Assembly (NCBI GenBank): GCA_040220235.1
Contig: JAVJTO010000049.1
DNA: 64,000 nt
Strand: one strand, 5' to 3'
Source: Coleofasciculus sp. B1-GNL1-01
GTDB lineage: Bacteria; Cyanobacteriota; Cyanobacteriia; Cyanobacteriales; Coleofasciculaceae
Shown: positions 10,515 through 20,646 of the stretch, in pieces
How positions within the stretch are numbered: the first letter of the stretch is position 1
Layout of the letters: every line of letters starts with the position of its first letter
Made by a program: the position numbers and the translations under genes
Notes under the pieces: generated by a model
The model's database searches: none
What the model saw: the letters and a program-made list of their open reading frames with translations, nothing else
What the model was told of the DNA's origin: nothing

Positions 10515-11771
10515 TTAAGTAAAGGAATACAGAGAAGCCAACATTGTATCTATGGCACTCCGTAATGCCGTTGCGGCACCAGCACTCATATCACGGGGAA
10601 CACAGACACGATTTCTCAAGTAGGACAGAGTAATTGCTCCTATCGCTTCTATTGAGACACCCTCACCTTCATTTTTATTAACAGGTTTACTAAAGAGTAA
10701 CGCCGTATTTTCATTCACCAGATAATTGGCAACCAATTTGAGATAAAAGTCAATATACTCCTCCAGCATCGGTGAAGCTTCTGGATTAGTCCACGCCGTT
10801 ATCCCCGAATTTTTTAGAATATCAGCGCTCATAATTTTGTGGTTATCACTCAATCGAGCAGCGGCTTCCCATCGTCCTTCATTTGTCTGAGTGGTTTCAG
10901 TTTGGGGGACAGTTTGGCTTCCCTGGCTAATCGGTTTTAAACCAAATAGTTTTTGCATGACTAAATTGTTGGTTTTATCATCCGGTTTTACCTTCTGATA
11001 CGCCGGACGCTGATAGATGGCGTTAAACCAGCGCTGTAGATTGGGGAACCGTTCATTTCCTTGCAACTGATACCCTCGAAATAGAGGTAAATTTGCATCC
11101 AAACGCTTTAAAGCTGGTGTATACATAATATCCACCACGCTAAACTCTGGCAGAAAATATGCACCTGGATATTGACCTAAAGCCTGTTCAACCTGAGCTA
11201 ATTGTGTTTCAAATTGTGTCCGTAAAACGTCTAAATCGACTTCAGGTTCGTCTTGAGGATTAGACGTGAATGGTTTTCCTCGGAGAAATTGGAAGCCCGC
11301 TTGGATAAACTCTCCCGTATCACAGGCTTCTATCATCTCCAAGGCAATCGATTTTGCCGCTGGTTCTTGAGGTAATAACGGCAAAGCTGAAAATTTTTCC
11401 TCTAAGGCTAAGAGGATACTTTTTGACTCATAAACCAATTCCCCAAAAATTTTCACCGCCGGGACAAGCCCTGTCGGCACCATGTCTGTGTACCACTTTG
11501 GCTTATTTCGTAAGTCGATTAACTCAACATTAAAGGGAATTTCTTTTTCTTCTAAAGCAAACCAAACTCGCTCACAGAAAGGACACCAGGCATTGGTATC
11601 TCGATAGAGTAAGACGGGGGCTTTCTGCCCTTGAGTAATTTTGTCAAGATGAGTTGAAATGGATACAGTCGAAGGACTTTTTCCGGGTCTAAGTTCCCAT
11701 TTTACTGATGCTTTAGGTGTGGCAATGTCTAAGAGTTCTTGCCAAGTTTTTAAGGTTTCCTGAACTAACAT
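10515..11771 (-). CDS. Glutathione S-transferase family protein
   Basis: WCPFCERVW, cis-Pro LVPAV, YES motif, C-terminal VPRDMS. Confidence 0.9.
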   Translation of the reverse strand: MLVQETLKTWQELLDIATPKASVKWELRPGKSPSTVSISTHLDKITQGQKAPVLLYRDTNAWCPFCERVWFALEEKEIPFNVELIDLRNKPKWYTDMVPTGLVPAVKIFGELVYESKSILLALEEKFSALPLLPQEPAAKSIALEMIEACDTGEFIQAGFQFLRGKPFTSNPQDEPEVDLDVLRTQFETQLAQVEQALGQYPGAYFLPEFSVVDIMYTPALKRLDANLPLFRGYQLQGNERFPNLQRWFNAIYQRPAYQKVKPDDKTNNLVMQKLFGLKPISQGSQTVPQTETTQTNEGRWEAAARLSDNHKIMSADILKNSGITAWTNPEASPMLEEYIDFYLKLVANYLVNENTALLFSKPVNKNEGEGVSIEAIGAITLSYLRNRVCVPRDMSAGAATALRSAIDTMLASLYSFT

Positions 11772-11786
11772 ACTCTATCCCCTTTC

Positions 11787-13082
11787 TTAAATACCTAAAC
11801 GTTGATAGATCTCGTCGAGATGGCGAAAATGATGTTGGGGATTAAAACAGTCCTCAATTTCATCCGGTGTTAGCTGATTTTGAACCCGCGAATCTTGGGC
11901 GATGAGTTCCCGGAAATTTCCCCCCGGTTGATTCCATGCCTGATGAGCGCAAGACTGGACAATACTGTAGGCGTCTTCTCGACTGGTTCCCTTTTCTACG
12001 AGAGTTAACATGACTCGTTGACTAAAGATTACGCCGCCATACCGATTCAGATTCCGCTTCATGTTTTCTGGGTACACCAATAGGTGTTTGACTAAATGAG
12101 TCATTTCATGAAGCATAAAGTGGGTCAAAATGCAAGTGTCGGGCAGGATAATTCGTTCCACAGAGGAGTGAGAAATATCTCGTTCGTGCCATAGTGCCAT
12201 ATTCTCCAATGCAGCGATCGCATGACCCCGCAGAATCCGCGCCATCCCGCTTAGGCGTTCAGACCGAATCGGGTTACGCTTATGGGGCATGGCAGAAGAA
12301 CCTTTTTGTCCTTTGGCAAAGAATTCTTCAACTTCTAAGACATCGGTGCGTTGTAAGTTGCGAATTTCTACCGCAAAGCGTTCCAGAGACGCCCCTAACA
12401 GGGCGAATTGCTGGACAAATTCACCATGACGATCGCGCGAAATGACTTGAGTTGATGCCATATCTGGATCAAGTCCCAGTTTCTGACAGGCGATCGCTTC
12501 CACACGGGGGTCAGTATTGGCGTAGGTTCCCACTGCACCCGAAATTTTACCGACAGCAATATGGTGACGCAAATTCACCAAGCGATCGCGGTGTCGCAAA
12601 ATTTCCGCCAACCACCCAGCTAGCTTGAAACCAAAGGTAATCGGTTCCGCATGAATTCCGTGCGATCGCCCAATCATCACCGTGTAGCGATGTTGTTGCG
12701 CCTGATAGCGAATCGCTTGAATCAGTTGCTCCAAGCATTCCACAATTAGATTCAGACTGGCAACCAGTTGTAATGCCAACGCCGTATCTAAAACATCAGA
12801 ACTGGTTAATCCCAGGTGGATGTAGCGCCCCACATCCCCCACATACTCATTCACATTCGTCAGGAATGCGATCATATCATGACGGACTTCCGCCTCAATT
12901 TCCAAGATGCGATCGACATCAAAATTTGCCTTCGCCTTAATTTCCGCAACCGCATCCGCCGGAATTTCACCCAATTCCGCTTTTGCCTCACAAACCGCAA
13001 TTTCCACCTGTAGCCAGGTTTTGAACTTATAGGTATCCGTCCAGAGTTCGCCCATTTCAGGCAAGGTATAGCGCTCGATCAA
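11787..13082 (-). CDS. purB: Adenylosuccinate lyase
   Basis: IERY start (TTG), GRSHGIHAEP, signature SSAMPHKRNP. Confidence 0.97.
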   Translation of the reverse strand: MIERYTLPEMGELWTDTYKFKTWLQVEIAVCEAKAELGEIPADAVAEIKAKANFDVDRILEIEAEVRHDMIAFLTNVNEYVGDVGRYIHLGLTSSDVLDTALALQLVASLNLIVECLEQLIQAIRYQAQQHRYTVMIGRSHGIHAEPITFGFKLAGWLAEILRHRDRLVNLRHHIAVGKISGAVGTYANTDPRVEAIACQKLGLDPDMASTQVISRDRHGEFVQQFALLGASLERFAVEIRNLQRTDVLEVEEFFAKGQKGSSAMPHKRNPIRSERLSGMARILRGHAIAALENMALWHERDISHSSVERIILPDTCILTHFMLHEMTHLVKHLLVYPENMKRNLNRYGGVIFSQRVMLTLVEKGTSREDAYSIVQSCAHQAWNQPGGNFRELIAQDSRVQNQLTPDEIEDCFNPQHHFRHLDEIYQRLGI

Positions 13083-13258
13083 TGCCTGTATTGCCCAATA
13101 CAACCGTCATATTGTACAACTGTGCTTTGGTTTATTCCATTGTTTTAGCGGTTGGATTGTAAAAGCTTGGTAATAGGTTGACATAAGTCCGCCTTTGTGG
13201 GCAGGTATCCTTCAGACTTGCAGGATAAACTAGCAAAAGTACCTATTGCAATATTTCC

Positions 13259-13648
13259 ATGTTTGATATTACGTCCCTACTTGAATTTTCCCGCGCCCAT
13301 TGTGTGGCGATTTGTGGGGGATTAGTTCCCCTAAACTTACTGCTGACATTACAGACGATGATTTTGACGGGACTCCAGCGCCCTCAACGTCAGGTGCGGT
13401 TAGCGGCTGCATTTGCCTGTCTTCCGGCTGGGGTGATGGTTCTCCATGTTTGGACATGGTTGATGATTGGGGTGGTGATGGCACCCACGTTCATCTTGTT
13501 AGGGTTAGCTTGTATCTGTGTGGGGATTAATGTCTGGGCAAATCTTTCCCCGCAAACGATGGCGGGTGTACTGCGAGGGGGGTGGTTCTGGGTTATGAGG
13601 CGTGTCCGCCATTCTGATAAGGGGAATGATTCTGTAGTTGTCTCTTAA
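13259..13648 (+). CDS. Conserved cyanobacterial membrane protein
   Basis: About three hydrophobic helices; HVWTW...GVVMAPTFIL motif. Confidence 0.7.
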   Translation: MFDITSLLEFSRAHCVAICGGLVPLNLLLTLQTMILTGLQRPQRQVRLAAAFACLPAGVMVLHVWTWLMIGVVMAPTFILLGLACICVGINVWANLSPQTMAGVLRGGWFWVMRRVRHSDKGNDSVVVS

Positions 13649-13870
13649 TTAAGTTCAAAGAACCAGCATCCCCGATTTCCCTGAGAAGTCGGGGATTTGG
13701 CGGGTGCTAATCGCGCCAGTTGCCCAACCCCTCGGTAATAACCTAAGCCAATTACTGAGGAAGGCGTGACTTTACCTGACGTTTAATTCTCTGCAACGCT
13801 TGATTTGCCAGGTTTTGAGCCGTTTTCGGGCTGGGGGTTCGTGGTGAAGTTTTGAGAGCGTTTGTCGAGT

Positions 13871-13946
13871 CTTCATAAAAACTTTATATAAATACTGAGA
13901 TTTCGGGCTACATCTTTACCAAAACTTTATAGACTTAAAGCTTTAT
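13871..13946 (+). promoter_or_regulatory. Direct-repeat array CTTYAY upstream of PEP-CTERM gene 1
   Basis: Hexamers at 13871, 13882, 13914, 13925, 13941; same spacing upstream of paralog 2. Confidence 0.55.
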
Positions 13947-13989
13947 CGTACTAATATCTATCTAGAGAGACAAATTTACATCTACTTCA

Positions 13990-14805
13990 ATGGAGTTTAT
14001 TATGAGTCAAGGATTTATAAAGTCTACTCAACAATTATCGATGGCGGCTGCAGTAGGAGCAATAGCGGCTACTACGTTAAGCGTTAATCCCGCCAGTGCT
14101 TTTTCAATTACAGCGGGCGGTCAGCCAATCGGAAGTCCTCTGGCAAATGAGGGTATTACTACCGAAGTACCTAATACCATTGTTATCGATTTTAATGATG
14201 CTGTTGACTCTCCGTTTACAACAGTCGATCAAGTCGCTCAAAATGGCGCTATGTACTCTCCGGGAAATGCCTTAGTCATCAATAACAATGGCGCTCTTGT
14301 TCCAACGACAGGTGCTGTTCCTTATTCCGGTCCCCCACCTGCTGGACAAGTCAACAACACTTCAGCCTACCTTTCACTTCCGACAAATTCTAACCAAGGC
14401 GTTGGTACTAGCGTAGTTACCATTACATTACCCAAATTGTCCAACTACTGGGGCATGCACTGGGGTTCTATGGACTCTACGAACAAAATTGAATTTTTGC
14501 GGGATGATGTAGCGTTTGCAGAGTTTACACCAGATGATTTTGCAGGTTTAGGAGTGGGTCCTGCGCCAGGTGGGGGAAACCAGCAAAACGAATCAAATAA
14601 CCCCTACATGAATTTCTTTTCTGAAGACTCAGGAGAATGGTTTAACGGTGTACGACTGACTCAAGAAGGTAACAATTCTGGTATTGCCTTTGAAAGCGAC
14701 AACCACGCTTATCGTCCAGTTCCCGAACCTCTCACCATTCTGGGTTCTGGCTTGGCTTTAGGATTTGGCGCTATCTTCAAAAAACAACAGTCACGGCGGC
14801 GTTAG
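13990..14805 (+). CDS. PEP-CTERM (cyanoexosortase) surface protein, Npun_F0296-like
   Basis: Signal peptide PASA, WGSMD..N and AFESDNH motifs, VPEPLTILG-TM-KKQQSRRR. Confidence 0.9.
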   Translation: MEFIMSQGFIKSTQQLSMAAAVGAIAATTLSVNPASAFSITAGGQPIGSPLANEGITTEVPNTIVIDFNDAVDSPFTTVDQVAQNGAMYSPGNALVINNNGALVPTTGAVPYSGPPPAGQVNNTSAYLSLPTNSNQGVGTSVVTITLPKLSNYWGMHWGSMDSTNKIEFLRDDVAFAEFTPDDFAGLGVGPAPGGGNQQNESNNPYMNFFSEDSGEWFNGVRLTQEGNNSGIAFESDNHAYRPVPEPLTILGSGLALGFGAIFKKQQSRRR

Positions 14806-14947
14806 TTAATTCACTCCTTATCTCATAACCTTTACTTCTGTGTAGAGACGTGCCATGGTACGTCTCTATAATTTTGCGTGGATTCCTGCAACGGATTGAT
14901 AAACATCAGAGTTTTCTTCCGACTCCGACTTCGCCCAGTAATTCTCC

Positions 14948-15024
14948 TTTTACCGAATCTTTATATAAACCCTGCTATTAATTCTGCTATCTTCACGGAA
15001 GCTTCACCTAAAAGCAAGCTTCAT
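14948..15024 (+). promoter_or_regulatory. Direct-repeat array YTTYAY upstream of PEP-CTERM gene 2
   Basis: Hexamers at 14948, 14959, 14991, 15002, 15019. Confidence 0.55.
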
Positions 15025-15093
15025 TAAATTAACATCTACCTAGAGAAACAAATAAAGTTCTCTTTATAAAGACTAGATGAGCTTGATAACGCT

Positions 15094-15870
15094 ATGACAA
15101 TGAATAAGGATGCATCAATCATTACTACCGTGGCTGCTACAGCAACGGCTATGATAGGGGTTATTTCTCTCAGTGGTTTTACGATTACTACGGGCGGTGA
15201 ACTTAAAGGTAGCCCAGCCGGAAGTGAGGGACTGACTACCAGTAGACCCGGTGCTGTGGTGATTGATTTCAATGACGCGCCTAAGCTTGACTTCACCAAG
15301 GTTGGTGAAGTTAATCAAAAAGGAGCAACCTACTCTCCAGACGACGCATTAGTCATCAACAACGGGGGTAAACTTGTAGAAACAAAAGGGGCAGTTCCCT
15401 TTTCCAGTTCTACACAAGAAAACACCTCAGCTTACTTATCACTACCGACCAATTCTCAGGATGATGAAGACATCGAGCAAGTCTCGATTCAGTTACCCAA
15501 ACCATCCAGCTATTGGGGGATGCATTGGGGATCTATGGATGCGAGTAATCAAATTGAATTCTTCCGAGGTGATACCCGTTTAGCCCGGTTTACGCCTGAT
15601 GATTTTGTCAGTTTGGGAGTGGGTCCTGGCGTTGGGGGTGATAATCAAACAGAGGAATCTAACAATCCTTATATCAATTTCTCGGCTGAGGGATCAGATC
15701 AATGGTTTGATAAGGTGGTGTTGACTCAACTGGGTGATGATGACACTATCGCCTTTGAAAGCGATAACCACGCTTATGATGCAGTCCCTGAACCCCTGAC
15801 GATTCTGGGATCAGGGTTGGCTTTGGGATTTGGCGCTTTGTTCAAAAAACAACAGTCACGGCGGCGTTAG
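15094..15870 (+). CDS. PEP-CTERM surface protein, tandem paralog
   Basis: Colinear with 13990-14805; near-identical VPEP tail. Confidence 0.9.
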   Translation: MTMNKDASIITTVAATATAMIGVISLSGFTITTGGELKGSPAGSEGLTTSRPGAVVIDFNDAPKLDFTKVGEVNQKGATYSPDDALVINNGGKLVETKGAVPFSSSTQENTSAYLSLPTNSQDDEDIEQVSIQLPKPSSYWGMHWGSMDASNQIEFFRGDTRLARFTPDDFVSLGVGPGVGGDNQTEESNNPYINFSAEGSDQWFDKVVLTQLGDDDTIAFESDNHAYDAVPEPLTILGSGLALGFGALFKKQQSRRR

Positions 15871-16064
15871 TCAATTCACTTCTTGCTCATCACCTTTAGT
15901 AGAGACGTTGCATGCAACGTCTCTACAATGTTGTTGGGATGGCTTCACAGCCAGAGGTTTACGCACGATGAACCATCAGCGATAAGCTTAGGAATATATT
16001 CCACACAACCAAGAACTGCTTTAGGCTATCACTTAGAAGCAGTGCCACAGTCTCACAATAGGCG

Positions 16065-16964
16065 ATGACCACATTACTAACGCTTTTTAGCAAACAACGG
16101 CAGGAACTGCAAGGCGCGATCGATAAAACCACCAATTCAGAACAGGTGGTGATGCTGGTGCAAAACCAACTCAATACTCTGGAAAGCAGTTACATTGGGG
16201 GACTGAGTGTCTCTCAAGTGCGTCTGGCGGCGTTTTTCCTGGATGCACTGCGCCAGTCTGTGGCGACACTAGCGGCGGCGAATCCCACCAACCCGATGCG
16301 GGTTACCCCCCCAGAATCGGAGTCAGAGGCTAAACCAGGGCGACAATTATCTCCCAAACGCCTGATTCTCAAAGTTCTTCAGGGACTTCTCTGTATCGGT
16401 ATCTTAGATTCGCTGTTCAATTTGAGTTCCGATGCGCCAGGGGCGTGGTTAGATATTTTGCTGATGGCGTTGTTAGTTGGGTTAGAGGTTGTCTCCCAAC
16501 TGGATAAAGGTTTTCCAGAAAACCCTACAGATACACTTGAATCAACCGTCTCTCAGTTTACCCTGCGAATCGATAGCCAAGTCTTATTAGATAATATAGC
16601 TGAGGCGCTCAATACGATTGATTTAGCCGTTGCTCAAGCCCAAGATGGGAAGAAAACCGTCGAGGCGAATGCAATTGAGGAACAACCCGAACTATTAAAT
16701 CTGCTACAACGGTTGATAGGCGCATCATTTCTAGAAAAGCCTCAGATGGCGCTAGAACTGACTAAACTGATACCCCAAATTTTGGTTGAGCAGGGGATTG
16801 AAGCCCAACTCTATCACCCGGATGATGTCAAAAGTCATCGGGAGTATTTTGACTTCGAGCCAAGTATCAACCCCAATGCTAAAGAGTATATTACAATTGC
16901 GCCCGCTTTAGTCAAAGGCGATCGCCTATTGCGGCGGGGACGGGTAATTGAACCGAGACGCTAA
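16065..16964 (+). CDS. Membrane protein with GrpE-like C-terminal beta domain
   Basis: Two central hydrophobic helices, a helical region, C-terminal TIAPALVKGDRLLRRGRVI resembling the GrpE end. Confidence 0.55.
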   Translation: MTTLLTLFSKQRQELQGAIDKTTNSEQVVMLVQNQLNTLESSYIGGLSVSQVRLAAFFLDALRQSVATLAAANPTNPMRVTPPESESEAKPGRQLSPKRLILKVLQGLLCIGILDSLFNLSSDAPGAWLDILLMALLVGLEVVSQLDKGFPENPTDTLESTVSQFTLRIDSQVLLDNIAEALNTIDLAVAQAQDGKKTVEANAIEEQPELLNLLQRLIGASFLEKPQMALELTKLIPQILVEQGIEAQLYHPDDVKSHREYFDFEPSINPNAKEYITIAPALVKGDRLLRRGRVIEPRR

Positions 16965-16977
16965 TAAATAATCAATT

Positions 16978-19017
16978 ATGACTGATGTAGTTTCCTTGAC
17001 CAACTCTGAACACAGCGAAAGTATTTCACCCCTAAACACGTCCCCATTATCTCCTATTATTCCAGATAATATGCACGTTTTAGAGACCATTGGATTTGAT
17101 TTAGGACACGGTGAAACAGCCGTTGCTAAAGCGCTAGTGGAGAGCATTGACCCCCCAGAAATGCTGGAGGTGAATAATAAAAAAGTGCAAATCACCGCCT
17201 TAGGCTGGCATCCTGATCTAGGTTATTTGGTGGGGGAACAAGCTTTAATTCAAGTGGGTGTAACTCAACTGGATATTGCCTTTAAACAAAAACCGAATGC
17301 GGATCTAGATTACCGCAAGACTATTCGTCATTTTCTAGAAACCTACTACCATATTTTGCAAAAAAGCAAACAACTGGAGGGGGAAGAAAAGAGTCATTTT
17401 TTCGTCGGTTGTCCCTCTGGCTGGTCAAAGCGCGATCGCCAGGATTATCAAACCCTCTGTAAAGCCGCTGGAATCCCCCGCCTCAGCGTGGTTCCCGAAT
17501 CACGGGCAGCATTTATGCAGGCAAAGGAAGCGGGGAAGCTGGACTATGATAAGCTCAAATCTGCGGTACTGATTATTGATATTGGCTCGTCCACAACCGA
17601 TTTTACCTTAGTCAAGAGTTTACATGAAATTCCCCTGGATTTTGGCAGTAATACCCTAGGCGCTTTCCTGATTGACCGAGCAATTTTTGAGCGCACCGTG
17701 GCAAACTATGAAGATACCGCCCTATTAAAATGGGTGTTTGAAGAATATCCCCATCATAAATCCCGTTGTCTCTTGGCTAGCCGGAAAGCTAAGGAAGATT
17801 ATTTTTCTAATGAACAAGTCTACAGCCATCCCCAATCCTTTGCCCGTGGCTTTGAATCGATTAACGAACAGATTTATTTTATCCCCCAAGTCAATAAAAC
17901 CGTCATGACGGAGATATTGAATCAACCATTAACAGAATTGGATGGGAAAAGTTGGATGGAATCGTTTCGAGAGTCAGTGATTGAGGCAAAAGAAACTCTA
18001 GCGAAACAAGGAATAACTCCAAAAGTTATATTAATGACAGGGGGTGCATCACGGATGCAATTTACCCGTCAGATTTGCGAAGAAATTTTCCCCGAACCCG
18101 CCACCCAGGTGCGCCCAGATCCTGAACCAGAACGGTGTATCGCCCTAGGGTTAGCACGAGTCGGACGCTGGGATTTACGGGCGGAAGCGTTTAAAAAAGA
18201 AGTGGATCAACGGTTTGATTCTGAGAAACTGAAATCGATTATTGAACGACATATTCCTGAGTTAATTGAACTGCTGATTAAACCGCTATCTCAGGGGTTA
18301 ATTGAAAATGCAGTTAAACCCAGTTTACAAGACTGGCGCAGGAATAAAATTCGGACATTAGGTGACTTAGAAACTCGGATGAAGCAGCAGGCGGAAGCGT
18401 GGATTAAGAATGATTCTCTGGGAAAGAATGGAACTGAATCTGCCCGACAGATTGTCAAAAATCAATCGATTACCTGGTTTAACAGCAAAATTCAACCCGA
18501 ATTATCAGTAGAAACTGACCCAATTTGTCAAAGATATCAGATACCCCGAAGTAGTTTACGATTTGAGGAAGGGATTGATCCGGATGTGGTTAACCCAGAA
18601 ATCTCCGTGGGCGATGCTATCTTGGCGGATACGGTTTTATTAATTGTTAATCTCGTGATTGGTGGAGGAACAGTTGGCGGGATTATTGCCTTAATTTTAA
18701 CCGGGCATTTGGCTTGGCCCCTTTTAGTCATTTATGGGATTTCGGTACTGGCGGCTGGTGTAGAAATCACTCGCAGCAAAACCCAGGAAGCGATTAAGAC
18801 AAAATTAGATATTCCGGGTTGGAGTCGTCAATTTCTGTTGAATGATAATAAGATTAACTCGACGTGTGAGCAAATGAAGCCGGAGTTAGAGAAGGTATTT
18901 CGCGAACAACTGATTGAGAACCAGGAGGCATTTGATGAATTAATTAATAAAGTGGGGCGAGAGTTAAAAAAAGCGCTTAATGCAAAGGCACAAGAGGCGG
19001 TAATTTTGATTCAGTAG
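16978..19017 (+). CDS. Atypical Hsp70/actin-fold ATPase with C-terminal hydrophobic hairpin
   Basis: GFDLGHGET, VGCP, PESRAA, IDIGSSTTD, TGGASRM; no DnaK substrate-binding domain; start could be 17071. Confidence 0.8.
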   Translation: MTDVVSLTNSEHSESISPLNTSPLSPIIPDNMHVLETIGFDLGHGETAVAKALVESIDPPEMLEVNNKKVQITALGWHPDLGYLVGEQALIQVGVTQLDIAFKQKPNADLDYRKTIRHFLETYYHILQKSKQLEGEEKSHFFVGCPSGWSKRDRQDYQTLCKAAGIPRLSVVPESRAAFMQAKEAGKLDYDKLKSAVLIIDIGSSTTDFTLVKSLHEIPLDFGSNTLGAFLIDRAIFERTVANYEDTALLKWVFEEYPHHKSRCLLASRKAKEDYFSNEQVYSHPQSFARGFESINEQIYFIPQVNKTVMTEILNQPLTELDGKSWMESFRESVIEAKETLAKQGITPKVILMTGGASRMQFTRQICEEIFPEPATQVRPDPEPERCIALGLARVGRWDLRAEAFKKEVDQRFDSEKLKSIIERHIPELIELLIKPLSQGLIENAVKPSLQDWRRNKIRTLGDLETRMKQQAEAWIKNDSLGKNGTESARQIVKNQSITWFNSKIQPELSVETDPICQRYQIPRSSLRFEEGIDPDVVNPEISVGDAILADTVLLIVNLVIGGGTVGGIIALILTGHLAWPLLVIYGISVLAAGVEITRSKTQEAIKTKLDIPGWSRQFLLNDNKINSTCEQMKPELEKVFREQLIENQEAFDELINKVGRELKKALNAKAQEAVILIQ

Positions 19018-19054
19018 AAAATGCGAGGAAATAATAATCACGCATTCGTTGGAG

Positions 19055-19160
19055 TTTAGGGACAATTTGTAGAGGCGGGTTTAGGGACAATTTGTAGGGG
19101 CGGGTTTAGGGACAATTTGTAGGGGCGGGTTTAGGGATTCAATTAGATAGTCACCGATAA
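19055..19160. repeat. Three 25-bp tandem repeats built from a REP arm
   Basis: TTTAGGGACAATTTGTAG(A/G)GGCGGG x3; complementary arm AAAACCCGCCC near 19170. Confidence 0.85.
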
Positions 19161-19535
19161 ATGAACAACAAAACCCGCCCAGATTAACCATAGCTGAAAA
19201 TAAATTTGACAGGTTTGCCGGACGCACGTCGGTGCGCCCCTACGATGGTGAAATAGATTTTACAGGTTTTGAATTCGTCATAGAGATGATAGGGATGGCA
19301 AAAGTTGTAGGGGCGAGTCGCTGTTCAAATATAGCGGTGTGAAGATTAACTTGTCTCGACTCGCCCTGGTCTCAATGTACGCCGTGTCAGATAATTACTG
19401 ATACTTGATGCAGGGCGACCCGATAAAATTGATGGATGGGTTATGTTGATTTTGTACGGCGGGTCGCCCCTACAGATATCTTGACCAATAACGCTAAGTG
19501 CGATCGCACAACTCGAACCCCCAGATATAATCCTA

Positions 19536-20219
19536 CTACCGCAAGAGTTGCAACGTCCCCTGAATTCGTTCAAACGCCTGTTGATACACCGCCTCATTGC
19601 CACTTCCTTTAGCCAGACGAAGCACAATAATATCTTGACCATCGCGACTGGGAAGCACAATAGTCTCGAACTCGTACAATCCTGTAGACTGGAATGCGAT
19701 CGCGTCTTGATTGGCGACCTGTTGCTGAGTATAATTCTGGGGGGATACAAAATACTCAGAACGGCTTTCTACCCAGTCTTGTAACGAGAGGCGATCGGGA
19801 TTACGATAAACCCAAAGGCTAACGTTGGCTGGCAATTCTGTACCCTCAAATTCATTTGTCTGCATCGCCTCATAGTCAGCCTGCGTCCATACCTCTACGG
19901 TTCCCCGCCGCATTTCAGACTCAGCATCGGACTGTTTATTCGTATCATCAACAACAAACCCCTCTGGATACTCGAAGCGAATACCCAAAGACTCGTTTTT
20001 ATAAGTAGTTTGGCTATCCGTTGACGATGAGTTAGTCTGAGTGGCTGGTTCGGTAGAACTGGAGGAAGTTACAGATTCAGCAGACGTTCCCGGAGAATTC
20101 ACCCCAGAGGGAGGTTCTGCTTGACAAGCGATAATCAGTCCCAAACTCACACCGTACAATACTCGACCCAAAAACCAGGGGATGCGACTGTTAGTTATCC
20201 ATTCGCGCTGAATTGACAT
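19536..20219 (-). CDS. Lipoprotein with PsbP-like domain
   Basis: Lipobox IIAC, Ser/Thr linker, YKNESLGIRFEYPEGF. Confidence 0.7.
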   Translation of the reverse strand: MSIQREWITNSRIPWFLGRVLYGVSLGLIIACQAEPPSGVNSPGTSAESVTSSSSTEPATQTNSSSTDSQTTYKNESLGIRFEYPEGFVVDDTNKQSDAESEMRRGTVEVWTQADYEAMQTNEFEGTELPANVSLWVYRNPDRLSLQDWVESRSEYFVSPQNYTQQQVANQDAIAFQSTGLYEFETIVLPSRDGQDIIVLRLAKGSGNEAVYQQAFERIQGTLQLLR

Positions 20220-20228
20220 AAACCATCA

Positions 20229-20411
20229 TTATCTGCCTTTATCTGGTTTTTCTCGCTTGGGTGGTATCTGTCCGGTTTTTTGAGCTTCTAATACAGCCAC
20301 CTCAATCAAAAAGGCAGCTAAACTCGCTCTGGGTCTGCCTTGGTTGTCTGCCCATTGCTCTAAAGTGTCATAAATATAGTCGGGAATTGTAACGTGAATA
20401 CGTTTGCTCAC
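20229..20411 (-). CDS. Ribbon-helix-helix (CopG-like) DNA-binding protein
   Basis: SKRIHVTIPD..YDTLEQWAD.QGR..ASLAAFLIE; GTG start. Confidence 0.85.
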   Translation of the reverse strand: MSKRIHVTIPDYIYDTLEQWADNQGRPRASLAAFLIEVAVLEAQKTGQIPPKREKPDKGR

Positions 20412-20646
20412 TACCAACAGTTGACGTTCATTATCGCTTTTAATCTTACAGGTCTGCACTCGTAAATAGGGCGTTAGCTACAAATTAGCTACAAAAAAAG
20501 CCCAAAGTATGCTATAATTTAGGGCTATTCATTTTTGTGATACTCTTGAAATGAACGCGAAACGTTCAAAGTCAGAAGCCAGTCTCGCGCCCTAGACAAG
20601 CATCGGACTGGCTCTGGCTCCCACTTACATAGGAGATAATTTCATT

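Noticed and set aside
16978..19017. Canonical dnaK
   Set aside because: Lacks the DnaK substrate-binding domain and the exact GIDLGTTNS signature.
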